A stretch of 64,000 nt of DNA from Eledone cirrhosa. Lineage: Eukaryota. Positions 44,085-56,960 of the stretch are shown in pieces. The DNA lies in the NCBI GenBank assembly GCA_964016885.1, contig OZ024753.1:34968001-35032000 (forward strand), in the 5' to 3' direction. Numbering within the stretch: position 1 is the first letter of the stretch; each line of letters opens with the position of its first letter. Made by a program: the position numbers and the translations under genes. The notes beneath the pieces are model-generated. The model saw nothing but the letters and a program-made list of their open reading frames with translations. It ran no database searches and was not told the DNA's origin.

Positions 44085-44209
44085 TATATATATATATATA
44101 TTAAAGTGTTAAACTATATATAGTCAATGATTATGTCAAATAATGAGTTTTACACTAGATTGGAAGCACTCTACGAGAAAAATAATTTTCCGGAGTTATT
44201 AATATTAAA

Positions 44210-44389
44210 ATATAAATATTAATAAAATAGATGTTCTTTTGATCAATTACATTTTATTATACATATTTCGGATGTACAACAGTACGTCCTCATCAGACAA
44301 AATATATTTGTCTGATGAGGACGTACTGTTGTACATCTGAAATATGTATAATAAAATGTAATTGATCAAAAGAACATCTATTTTATTAA

Positions 44390-44398
<9 letters not shown>
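44210..44398. repeat. ~190-bp near-perfect palindrome
   Basis: Centre ~44303, in cagacaaaatatatttgtctg. Confidence 0.95.
44248..44306 (-). ncRNA. Type I hammerhead ribozyme (mirror copy on the plus strand, 44304-44360)
   Basis: UAUAUUUUGU-CUGAUGA-GGACGUAC UGUU GUACAUCC-GAAA-UAUGUAUA^AUAAAAUGUA; canonical G10.1-C11.1 pair; 10-bp stem I. Confidence 0.78.
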
Positions 44399-44428
<30 letters not shown>

Positions 44429-44493
44429 GCTTTTATTAGTGTGTGTGTATGAATATATCGAAAGATTAGTTGCCTTTTCTGTTCTCACGTCTG

Positions 44494-44524
<31 letters not shown>

Positions 44525-44612
44525 ATGTGTATGTGTGTGTGTGTATGTGTGTGTGTGTATACTCGTCGAGTGCTTGGCTGTACTGCTGATCGAACTTCTA
44601 ATATGCTGTACT

Positions 44613-44681
<69 letters not shown>

Positions 44682-45575
44682 ACGTGAGAACAGAAAAGCA
44701 ACTAATCTTTCGATATTTTCATACACACAAACTAATAAACACAGACACAATTAGTGTGTGTGTGCACAGCAATCAGTCTGCGAAATTAATTATATTGAAC
44801 AAAAATAATTATTCAAGTGTTGTTATCGACATAAGTAATAGCAGCAGCAGCAACAACAGACGATTGTGGAGTTGGTGCAATTTGGAGAAGAAAAATATAT
44901 AGTGAAAGCAAAGATGTGTCGTTGTCGATTAAGGTGTGAGAACTTTACTCAAGAAGTTAGGTAGACAATCAATATTTTATATATATATATAATCATAACA
45001 CATATACACACACACGTACCTACATACACACACAGAATTACAGCTGGTTATGTTAGAGGCATTTAAAAAACGATGATGATGATAGTGGTGGTAATTGCAT
45101 CAGAGCCGCGTGTGGATGTTTATGACAGTTCTCTTGTAGAATTGTGTTATTTAACCATAGGTCTGTCCTGATCAAACATGCCCGTAATCAAAAACGTTCA
45201 AACCGTAACAAACCCGCCCCCTCTCTCTCTCTCTCTCTCTCTCTCTCAGGTATTGTGTATCCAGGAATATACTATTCAATGTGTCTTTCTGTTATTTTAT
45301 ACGATACAGTGACATTTGAGGGAGAGATTGTTTTATTTCTATGAGGTCGAGTGACCACGCAGAAGCTCCGTCGGCTTCGAATCAATCGGAGGAATGTGTT
45401 TCTGTGTTTACGGACTCTTAAAGTCCAAGCTAATGTTTGATAATGGCTAAGCCGAAGGACATTAACGATTAAGACCCCAAGCATGTTACAAATGTTAGAG
45501 ACATACAAAGAAAAACGTAATTTCAAATACAGAGTTTATAAGCGATAGCTAATATATAAACATAATGGTACTCAC

Positions 45576-45638
45576 CTTGGACGTATATAACGTCCAGATT
45601 TGGGAGAGAGAATCTAGAGGACTAGACGAGTCCTCCAT
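45576..45638 (-). CDS. NBEAL1: Neurobeachin-like (BEACH family) protein, first coding exon: MEDSSSPLDSLSQIWTLYTSK
   Basis: ATG at 45638, 63 nt open frame ending in AAG|gtgagt donor (phase 0). The LxxIWxLYxxK pattern matches the NBEAL1/2 N-terminus as recalled (LFELWMLYCTK). Lies just downstream of a CpG-rich promoter-like region. Confidence 0.8.
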
Positions 45639-45689
45639 TTTATGTATTGGTAGCCAGACTACACAACTGTTGTGTATTAAGCTTAAACG

Positions 45690-45935
45690 CCCGCTTGTTC
45701 TCTAATTACGGCTAACAGCGAATAAACATTTACAAGTGCAGGCCTGTACACAGAAAAAAAAACAATAGTGTGTCCGGATGAGAACAGCGAAAGCCGCTGT
45801 TACTGGCAGCCGCTGATGCCTGCACCGTTTAACATCGCTATTTTGATTGGTTCTCCCCCCTTTGCCGGAAGTAAAAGCCGCCGTTCCTTAATTAGTGGCA
45901 GCACCGGCACTCACTTTCACATTTTGACCGTGATT
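45690..45935 (-). promoter_or_regulatory. Probable promoter/5'UTR of the NBEAL1-like gene
   Basis: Local GC/CpG enrichment in an AT-rich background; CCAAT box (ATTGG 45846-45850) and ETS/GABP site CCGGAAGT (45865-45872) about 210-235 bp upstream of the ATG. Confidence 0.6.
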
Positions 45936-47384
45936 AAAAAGAAATAGAGAGAAAAAGAAAATATACGCTATTTTCAAAGTTTATTTATATATCTTTTGTT
46001 GTTATTTTGTTGGGGTATTTTTAATATCACGATTGCTAGACAATAGCATTGTTGATTAGAGACATCAAATAGCTAATTGCTGTATCACTGCATTTCCGAC
46101 AGTGAAAGTGACGAAGGAGTGTCTATGTAATGGTGCAGAACAAATATCACATGTGACTTCGTTAAAAAAATCACCGGTTTTCGGCCTTTTCTTACCGATA
46201 TTTACATTCATCATTTCCAAACTTTACTGTGCTGCTAAAGATCAAACTTAACCCCAATTTGATTTCGTATTTAATTATTTGTTAGTAATTTAAAATTCGA
46301 AATTGCCTCACATTTTTTTTTTGTTTTGTTATTTGTTGTTGTTTTTTTGATGGGGGGAATAACTAGGGTTGGTTATTTAGATAATTATTTGTTCTTATCA
46401 TTTAGAATCTAATTTTGATTAAATTAAAACCTCTCGACTTACTATTTCAAGTAAACTAGTGCCCACTTTACTATTAAATTTTCATACATTAAGCGCCCCT
46501 TGGTATTTTCCCTAGACGTTCTTTTTTTTTTTAAACTTATCACAACACTCAGTTTTCTTTCATAAAAAAACCCTTATATTTCTAAGTTAGATTTAGACTT
46601 TGCTAATGAGGTTTAATATGACTAAAACATGTCTAGAGTTATCCCCGTCTTGTTACAGATCAACTCACACCCTGTGCATTTCCCATAACTTCAAAGTTAT
46701 GAACCTGTTTCCAACAGTTCATAACTTCAAAGCTAGAAGGGGTTAGTAGTTTATGATGTGACGTTTGTCAATCAAAGTAGTCATTTTACTGAAAATAAAT
46801 TGGCACAGTAACTGCAACTGTGTAAAATATACATGGCAGTGAACAGATTAAAAATGACATGATAATACAGTTTTTCAGTTGATAGAACATGTGGACAAAG
46901 TAGACCAAGGAAAACCTGGGATGATGTGGTGAAGGCTGTACTGATGCAGCTTAACCTCCCAAAAATGACAGAAAATCATTAATATTGTCCAAGAGAAACG
47001 CTATGGCTGATACAGCTTGACACCAGTGATGTCACATTTCATTTCTACAGCTGAGTAAACTACAGCAACGTAAAATGTTGCCTATACAAAAACGAATTAT
47101 ATATATCTGCTTATAATACAATTGTTAAATATCTCTTTTTCCATCTACTCACTTGGCTCACTAGTCTAGCAATCTATATGCATTGAGCACATTAACTTTC
47201 TCTCTTCCGGCTTGTAATCTGCATAACTAACCATTTTTCTCTTATCCTGATTAGCTTACTTGCTTTTTATTCTGTATATATATATATATATAATATATAT
47301 ATATATAACGAAGGAAATGTGGTAAGGAACCAGGTGGACCATAACGCACCAAAGTACTCAATACTTAGGGTAGTAGAGTGGGTA

Positions 47385-47500
47385 ATAGGAACGAGTAGGA
47401 CCCCGACGGCTGAGCTCAAGCCGCTTCGATGGCTAATTCTGTCCAGAATTAGCCGTCGGAACGGCTTGAGCTCAGCCGTCGGGGTCCTACTCGTTCCTAT
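47385..47500. repeat. 116-bp GC-rich palindrome
   Basis: Arms 47385-47441 and 47444-47500. Confidence 0.93.
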
Positions 47501-47901
47501 ATATATATATATATATATCTTTGTGTGTTGATATCTTAACGATAGTTATAGCTCTGATTTATCTGAATTATTGAGCCCTCTGCCACTCATGTCGGATTTT
47601 GTTTATCGTAAATTCGTGAGCTGATTTTCCGATACTCGATTATTCTATTATATATATATATATACAGGAAGGGCATCCAGCTGTAGAAAACCCGCCAGAC
47701 AGTCCACGCTGTAATGTGGCCATGTAGGCAACACGGTAAAAACCTCCCAGCCCCACACTGTAAATGTGGTTGGTGTTAGGAAGGGCATCCAACTGTAGAA
47801 AACCCGCCAGACAGTCCTATGCGAGCAAGACAACCACTCTTGCCTCAAGTGGGAAAACCCCCGTCCAAACCCATGCAAGCGTGGAACACGGACGCTAAAC
47901 C

Positions 47902-47932
<31 letters not shown>

Positions 47933-47939
47933 ATATATA

Positions 47940-47975
<36 letters not shown>

Positions 47976-48015
47976 TGTATGTATGTATGTGTGTGTGTAT
48001 GTATGTATGTGTGTG

Positions 48016-48069
<54 letters not shown>

Positions 48070-48400
48070 GAGGCACATGGCTTAGTGGTTAGAGCATTGG
48101 CCTTGCAATCGAAAGGTTGTGAGTTCAATTCTCAGACCCAGGTGATGTGTTGTTTCCTTGAGCAAGACACTTTATTTCACATTGCTCCAGTTTACTCAGC
48201 TGTAGAAATGAGATGATAGGAACTGAGGTCCATATCATTCCACTGCAAAGTGGTCGTGGAGGTGCCACGGCAAAAAAGCACCCAACACTCACTGTAAATG
48301 AGGTTGGTGTTAGGAAGGGCATCCAGCTGTAGAAATCAAGCCAGAATCAGTTCCCGTTGCACCCTTAACAGCAGGGAAAAGCGGACGTAAAATGAAATGA
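48070..48400 (+). mobile_element. tRNA-derived SINE family B (RTE-type tail), full copy. Other copies: 8345-8611(-), 9992-10324(-), 13478-13853(-), 25592-25966(-), 26192-26523(-), 35905-36240(-), 48676-48830(-), 49145-49400(+), 52482-52843(-), 55851-56120(+)
   Basis: A box TGGCTTAGTGG, B box GAGTTCAATTC, central TCCTTGAGCAAGACACTT (V/CORE-like), tail shared with the RTE, (GAT)n/(AAATG)n end. Confidence 0.9.
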
Positions 48401-48428
48401 ATATATATATATATATATATATATAAAT

Positions 48429-48479
48429 GGCTTCTACAGGACTGGAACTGTTTCATTCAGGAGAAATCATCAGGAAGCC
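48429..48479 (-). ncRNA. Hammerhead ribozyme, GUA family. Also 16915-16958(+), 39350-39394(+), 43515-43567(-), 49451-49500(+), 49983-50034(+), 57864-57914(-)
   Basis: GGCUUC-CUGAUGA-UUUC UCCU GAAU-GAAA-CAG UUCCAGUC CUGUA^GAAGCC; stem I covaries between copies. Confidence 0.72.
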
Positions 48480-50109
48480 CTATATTAAATATTTATACTC
48501 TGTTATGTATTGAGTACCTTACTTACTGTGGTTACCTCCGATTGAACCAGGGATAAACCAGATAGTTTATTAAATGAATTGTGGCTGTAGTATATATATA
48601 TATATATATATTAAAATGACAGATAAAAGTTTAAGCAAAGAATCGCTGCTTTCCCCCTTAACGGGATCTTCTGAAGTCCCTATCATCTCATTTCTACAGC
48701 TGAGTAAACTGGAGCAATGTGAAATAAAGTATCTTACTCAAGGAAACAACACATCTCCCGGTCTGAGAATCGAACTCACAACCTTCCGATTGCAAGGCTA
48801 ATGCTCTAACCACTAAGCCATGTGCCTCCACATGGCTTAGTGGTTAGAGCATTGGCCTTGTATATATACACACATACATATATATATATATACACACATA
48901 CATATACAGTATATATATATATATGAAAAGATAAGGAAGTTTTCACTTAATGGTGGTAAATTTGTATATGTATGGAATGATTATGTAAACAATAGTGAAA
49001 GAACTGTTTACAGAGTTCTGGTTGTTGTTTAGATTACTTAATCAAATAAATCTCTCTTCAAATTTCTCTTCACTCCTTGTCTGTTTTTCCTAATAGAGTA
49101 TTTTATACAATATATATATATACATATATATGTATATATATATAGGAGGCACATGGCTTAGTGGTTAGAGCATTGGCAATCAAAAGGTTGTGAGTTCAAT
49201 TCTCAGACCGGGTGATGTTTCCTTGAGCAAGACACTTTATTTCACATTGCTCCAGTTTATTACTCAGCTGTAGAAATGCAAAGTGGACGTGTAGACGCCA
49301 CGGCAAAAAAGCACCCAGCTGTAGAAATCAAGCCAGCATCAGTTCCCGTCCCACCCTTGCAAGCAGGGAAAAAGCGGACGTAAAATAAAATGATGATGAA
49401 ATGATATATTTATATATATATATATATATCATTGTATATAGAAATCATCAGGATTCCTGATGATTTCTAAAGAATGAAACAGTTCTAGTCCTGTAGAATC
49501 TCATCTATATTAAAACTTTTATACTCTGCTATGTATTGAGTACCTTACTTACTGTGGTTACCTCCGATTCAACCCGGAATAACGTATATATATATATATA
49601 TATATATATATGATTATGTCATTTATTTTATCTGACCTATTTAACTTGACTTGTTTTTTTGCTTAGGTGGTTTATGGCTTCTTGGCCACCTTCTCAGTTT
49701 GTATGGCCTTTATAACCTATGTTTATTGCTCTGGTCTTTTAGCCCATGGAGCGCTTGCCAGCATGACTCGGAATTTGCGTTACGTTTTGCTTTTTCTACC
49801 CACCGAAATACGATTCTCGCTGAATATATATTTATATATATATATTTATTTATTTAATATAGAAATGGCTTCTACAGGACTAATACTTAAAATTCCTTGT
49901 CCAATGACCTCCACCCATCCTAAAAATCACCTTCCCCTACCACCAGAAAACATATAAATACCACCATACCACAATGACAGTTGGCTTTCCTGATGATTTC
50001 CTTCAAATGAAACAGTTCTAGTCCTGTAGAAGCCATTTCTGTATCAAATATTGTACATACTCTATGTATTGAGTACCTTACTTACTGTGGTTATCCCTGA
50101 TTAAACCCG

Positions 50110-50149
<40 letters not shown>

Positions 50150-50150
<1 letters not shown>

Positions 50151-52046
50151 ATGCGCAGAACTCATTGCTGAGTGCTATGCAAGTATTTTTATTGTTGAAG
50201 ACCAGAATGTACCATCTCCACCATCTCTAACATCAAATTCCATAACAACTATGGAATTTACACCTGCAATGTTGCGACGTCACCTTAAGAATAAGCTCCC
50301 CTGGTCTTGATGGTGTGACATACCTGCTTCTCAAACGTGGCGGGGATTTCCTTTTGCGCCAGCTTTCTTTTTTCTTTCAATACTGTCTCAGCAATGGTGC
50401 TACTCCGGAGCAGTGGAAAACTGCCAGTGTCATTCCCCTGTTCAAAAAGGGCAACCGCATGTCACCTGTCAACTATCGTCCAGTCAGTCTTACTAGCTGT
50501 ATGGCCAAACTGATGGAATCTTGTGTCAGAGAAACACTTTGGAACTTCTGGAGCTCTCACAGCCTCATCCGGCCATCACAGTTTAGATTTATCCCTAACT
50601 CCAGCTGCTGTGATCAGCTTATCGAGTTTCTTGAGGACATCACCCGGATCACTGACAGCGGCTCATGGGTGGATGTTGTTTACCTTGACTTTGCTAAGGC
50701 TTTTAATTCTGTGCCACACAAAAGACTTATGGCAAAACTCTCTGCAATGGGTGTGAGGGATGATCTTTTCGACTGGCTGAAATCCTTCATTCTCAGCCGA
50801 AAGGAAGTAGTCACGGTTCTAGGACAGCATTCTTCACCATATGAGATGTCATCTGGTGTACCACAGGGATCTGTTCTTGGTCCTCTTTTGTTTGTGGCAT
50901 ATATTAATGACATAGATGCCAACTTACAGAATGCCACGGTACTAAAATATGCAGATGACATCAAGCTGTACCTTGAAATCAAAAGGACTGATCCTGAAAT
51001 TTACAACTCTTTCCTACAATCAGACCTGGACACAATGCAGCAATGGATCACAGACTGGCAACTGAAGCTGGCTGTGGACAAGTGTACCACCATGCATTTT
51101 GGAAGGAAAAATCCAGCGTCCACATACTCCCTCCACAACACTGACATCAAAAAGTCCTCTTGTGAACGTGACCTGGGCATTATTGTCAGCAACGATTTGC
51201 GTTGGACAAAGCATGTCTCTAAGATTGTCAAGAAGGCCGAGGGTGTCTTGGCATCACTCAGCAAGACCTTTGTTAGCCGCTCTCCAGCCATCTATTTAAA
51301 ACTGTATACAGCTATGGTGCGACCACACTTGGAATTCGCATCATCAGTCTGGAACCCCTATCTTGCTCGGAACATTGACCTCCTGGAAACTGTTCAGAGA
51401 CGTGCAACCAAGCGCATACCCTCCATCAGACACCTACCATACTCTGAACGCCTTGCTTCCCTGGGCATGGATTCATTGAAGCTCCGACGTCTGGCAATGG
51501 ACTTGGTGAATACCCACAAAGTTTTTAACCATCTCGCCAACTGCAACCCTGAGCGCCTCTTTGATCTCCATGTGTCTAACACACGTGGACATGCCTACAA
51601 GATAAGAAAACAGCACAGCTCCCATGACTTTCGCAGACATTTTTTCACGCTCAGAGTTGCTGAAGCATGGAACAAACTGCCTGCGTCAATTGTTAGCTGC
51701 CGAGACACTGCATCCTTTAAGACACTCATGCTTCCCAAAATACGCCAAAACTACACCTGATGTACCCCTTCCATACACATGCACACATGTGTGTATCATG
51801 ACTCGTGCACTGTTCATTTTACTGATGTTTGTGCATTGCCCTATGTACTGTACATGCACTTTTTTGATGAGTTGTGGTGCACCTGGGCACTGTGCACAAT
51901 ATTTCGTTATTGTTATTATATCATGACTCATACACTGTTCATTTTCCTGACATTTGTACATTATTCTATGTACTATACATGCACCTTTGATGAGTTGTAG
52001 TGCACCTGAGCACTGTACACAATAATTTCATTATTATTATTATTAT
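50150..52046 (+). mobile_element. 5'-truncated CR1-clade LINE (RT ORF 50315-51760 plus 3'UTR and (ATT)n tail)
   Basis: NYRPVSLTS, YLDFAKAF, SGVPQGSVLGPLLF, YADD, ERDLG, RGH..K..RRHFFTLRV..WNKLP motifs. Frameshift near 50300; duplicated 3'UTR module. Confidence 0.93.
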
Positions 52047-52480
52047 AAAATATGTAGTTTAGAAAGCCACAACAATGCAGATGGGAAATCTCGAGGTAGG
52101 AAGTGAGTGAGAAATAGGAGAAAAGTGAATGTGTTTTGCAAGATTTCTTTATATTGTTCTACTCTGGGAGGGTCAAGCTGCCAATAAAAACATGCATTTG
52201 TTGATCTTCACTTCAATTTATTACAAATTTCCAGTTAAAAACATGATGGTGTAGGACAGAACAAAGGAGAGCCACAAAATATCAAATGAGTCATTGAGGA
52301 GATCAGAGAATGTGTGACAAAAGAGCTTTGACAATAAATAAACAACCATCCGCTTATTGAACAAACCAATCAGAAATTTGTAATAAATTGAAGTGAAAAC
52401 CAATAAATGCTTGTGTTTTTATTGGCTGCACGGTCCGCCCAAAGTTTAACAATACATATATAAATATATATATATATATG

Positions 52481-52520
<40 letters not shown>

Positions 52521-52919
52521 TTTACGTCCGCTTTTCCCTGCTTGCAAGGGTGGGAAGGGAATTGATTCTGGCTTGATTTCTACAGCTGAATGCCCTTCCT
52601 AACACCAACCTCATTTTACAGTGAGTGCTGGGTGCTTTTTGCTGAGGCACCTCCACGACCACTTTGCAGTGGAATGATAGGGATTCCAGTCCCTATCATC
52701 TCATTTCTACAGCTGAGTAAACTGGAGCAATGTGAAATAAAGTGTCTTGCTCAAGGAAACAACACATCACGCGGTCTGAGAATTGAACTCACAACCTTTC
52801 AATTGCAAACCCAATGTTCTAACCACTAAGCCATGTGCCTCCACATATATATATATATATACATGTATATTACAAATATATATATATATTACATTTGATG
52901 ACATATATATATATATATC

Positions 52920-54061
52920 ACACGACAAAGACTAAGGTCCTTGTAAGTAGACGAGAAAACAGAACCCAGATCCCCTCAGGGAAATGGCCTTGCTCAGTAT
53001 GTAGGAAAGGTGTAGGTAGGAACTCCATTCTCTGCCCCAAATGCAAACAATGGGTACACAAGAGATGTAGCGGGATCTCAAGAAGCTTAATTAAGAATGT
53101 AGGCTTCACAGCTGTGCTGGGACAGCAAGCAGCAAACAGCCACAGGAAACAAGTGCCACCAATCTCTGGGAGGGCTCTGTAGAAACAGTAGAGAGCTTCT
53201 GCTACCTAGGTGACCGAATTAGCAGCGGAGGTGAGTGTTCAGAAAGTACAATAACTAGGGTAAGAACGGGATGGAAGAAGTTCAGGGAACTACTGCCACT
53301 GTAGCTGCAAAAGGCTTCTCCCTCAAAATGAAAGGCGTGTATCCGAACAGCAATGTTACATGGTAGTGAGACCTGGGCGCTGAAGACTTTCGTAGATTAG
53401 AAAGAAACGAAGCCTGCATGCTCCGATGGATGTGTAATAGTAATATACGCAAACCACAAAGTATAAATGAATTAAGAGAGAGACTGAGCATCAGAGGAAT
53501 CAAATGCTGTGTGCAGGAGAGGAGGTTGCGTTGGTATGGACATGTGATGCGTATGAAGGATGACAGCTGCATAAAAAGGTGCAGAGCACTAGAAGTCAAT
53601 GGAAACCGCGGAGTGGGGAGACCCAAGAAGACCTGGGATGAGGTGATAAAAGCTGACCTTACCCAATTACACCTCTCAAAGGCGATGACACCCGACTGTG
53701 ACCTCGGCGTCACGCAGTAATACAGAGTACCCGACCTCCCATGGGTACAACCTGAAGCATATAGACAATATGCCCCCACACCCTCCCACTGCAAAGTGGT
53801 CGTGGAGGTGCCACGGCAAAAAAGCACCCAGCCCACACTGTAAAGTGGATGTGTAGGCGCCACGAAAAAGCACCCAGCACTCACTGTAAATGAGGTTGGT
53901 GTTAGGAAGGGCATCCAGCTGTAGAAATCAAGCCAGAATCAGTTCCTGTATGAGCAAGGCATGGTCAGCCGACCAGACACTGCCCACAACAGGACAACCC
54001 GTCTAACCCATGCTAGCGTGGAAGAACAGACGTAAAACGGTGATGATGATGATGATGATGA
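52920..54061 (+). mobile_element. RTE-clade LINE 3' portion with Cys-rich insert and SINE-shared 3'UTR
   Basis: KTKVLV..WPCSVCRKGVGRNSILCPKCKQWVHKRCSGI; MLRWMC..RRLRWYGHVMR..GRPKKTWDEVI; frameshifted; ends in (GAT)n. Confidence 0.88.
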
Positions 54062-54588
54062 TATTTAGTTATGTAATAAATAACATAAGATAATTATTTC
54101 ATTTACCAGTGGTTTCTTGAAAGCAGATATATCTGTTTTCAGTCGTCAGAATGAATAAAACATGGTGTTTTTATTAAATATGGATTTGAAAACAAAATAT
54201 AAGAAATATGAAAGAGCACTCTTTTTTCCTGTACATTTCCGACGGAATTACTTCATTTATATATATATATATATATTGTTATACTTGGGGAGGGTCATAT
54301 TTGTGTAATATTGCCAGAATTAATAATATATATATTCAAATGAGATCGTGTAGGTGTCACGACAAAAAAACACACAGTCCCCGCTGTAATGTGGCCGTGT
54401 AGGCAACACGGTAAAAACCTCCCAGCCCCACACTGTAAATGTGGTTGGTGTTAGGAAGGGCATCCAGCTGTAGAAAACCCGCCAGACAGTCCTATGCGAG
54501 CAAGACAATCACTCTTGCCTCAAGTGGGAAAACCCCCGTCCAAACCCATGCAAGCGTGGAACACGGATGTTAAACGATGATGATGATG

Positions 54589-54628
<40 letters not shown>

Positions 54629-54649
54629 GGGATTTGAAATCAGAATGTA

Positions 54650-55160
54650 AAGGCTAAAACCGGATCTCTTTCAATTTGTGCAGCATGTTCATGATAGGAG
54701 AGGTACTGAGCTATCAACTGATCCCCATCTAAGTATCTTCAATCTGAGACTCTTGATGTCAAGAAAATTCACAAAACTGGCAGGTCCAGTTTAACCTAGA
54801 AGATTTAATGGAAAGCGCTGACTGATGAAGAGGTCAGAACCAGGTTTGCAGATACTATTGCATCCAAATTCAGAGAACTTCCTGATTAAACTGACAACAT
54901 TGAAATAGTGTGAATACTGTTGAGCTCAGTAGTTTCTGTTTTAGTTGTTAAATGATGTGAGTAAAAGCAGTTTGGTGTGGTGCTGGATGACGGAAGGACC
55001 CCTTGGTTCAATCAGGAGGTTAAAGATGACCTCCAAACAAAGAAGGTGGCTTACAAATCTTGGTTTTGGGAATGTCTTCCTTCTTTCACTCACAGTTCAA
55101 GCAAGCATGAAAAGTTGCAGAATAGAAAGTAAAAGCGTCCAAGATTAAGACATGGGAGGA
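54650..55160 (+). mobile_element. Degenerate RTE fragment (endonuclease-RT linker)
   Basis: RRGTELSTDPHL resembles the RTE (K)RGAELSTDHHL motif; multiple stops. Confidence 0.55.
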
Positions 55161-55817
55161 ATAAAGAAGAAGAAGAAGAAGAAGAAGAAGAAGAAGAAGA
55201 AGAAGAAGAAGAAGCTTTAATTTTTTTTTATTTCGAAGTCGATCGATCCTACGGCTGTCCCATAAGAAATCGTCAAATCTGTTTTCAAACGTAGATTTGT
55301 TTACAGCAATTCACTTCTGTAGTGGTTGTGTGTCCCTTATGAAAGCGGAAAAATAATTTTATCACACAAATTTCAATTGGATTATATATATATATCTTAA
55401 AAAAAAAACAAAAGACAAATACATTAAATAGCGATGAAAGAAAAAAACAAGGAGAAACCACGTCTCTACACTCTAGTTTGTAGTCAAAGGGAGAGCAGAG
55501 AGAAATTTCTGATCAAGGATAACTTCCCTTAGTCCATATAACTTTCATAATTCAATAAAAATAATGATTTCTAATTTAATTAAAATAATAAAATCATTTA
55601 AAGAAATGATTATATTAATAACAAATAATAAAGTAGTAATAAAGGAAAAATGAACTCGGATACATTTTTTTTAAAAAGAAATTTTAATAAAAACAAAGAA
55701 AATCAATTTTAAAACTGTAACAAAGTATTACACACATAATGTGTGCGTAGATAAGTATGTATGATATATTTTTTATAAATAATGGTATGTATGTTTATGT
55801 GAATATATTAATGTATG

Positions 55818-55854
<37 letters not shown>

Positions 55855-56227
55855 CCGGGTGATGTGTTGTTTCCTTAAGCAAGGCACTTTATTTCACATT
55901 GCTCCGGTTTACTCAGCTGTAGAAATGAGATGATAGGGACTGGGGTCCCTATCATTCCACTGCAAAGTGGTCGTGGAGGTGCCACGGCAAAAAAGCACCC
56001 ACCACTCACTGTAAATGAGGTTGGTGTTAGGAAGGGCATGCAGCTGTAGAAATCAAGCCAGAATCAGTTCCCGTCCCACCCTTGCAAGCAGGGAAAAGCG
56101 GACGTAAAATGAAATGATGAAAAATGATGATAGATACATATATTGTCCCACCCTTTCAAGCAGGGAAAAGCGAACGTAAAATGATGATGAAAATGATGAT
56201 GATGATGAAATATATATATAGAAGTGT

Positions 56228-56570
<343 letters not shown>

Positions 56571-56836
56571 ATTGAAGTTTCCGTTGAAAATTGAAAAAGT
56601 CAAAGGAGTGAAGAGTGCTCTATGTAAGTACCAGAGCAAAATTTAATGTATAATAATTGCATTACTTTTATTTATATATATATATTTTTTTTTTGCATTT
56701 CTTGAGGAGACTTTCCAAATATTTCACTATGTTTTATATTGCCTTGTCCGACGAACGAATGAGGACGTTTCTTTCGTATTCGTCTTATTCGGGAAACCTC
56801 TGGTAATGAGGTAATTATATTGTATCGTTATTATAC

Positions 56837-56926
<90 letters not shown>

Positions 56927-56960
56927 ATATATATATATATACACACACACACACATATAT

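Noticed and set aside
45900-46260. Divergent plus-strand gene from a bidirectional promoter
   Set aside because: No convincing ORF or donor site found downstream.
48070-48140. tRNA-Cys-like gene
   Set aside because: It is the SINE head; no proper acceptor stem, and it continues into the SINE body.
49651-49957. Hydrophobic plus-strand ORF after a good acceptor (ttttttgcttag)
   Set aside because: No clear donor, partner exons or recognisable family; it runs into repeats. RNA-seq would be needed.
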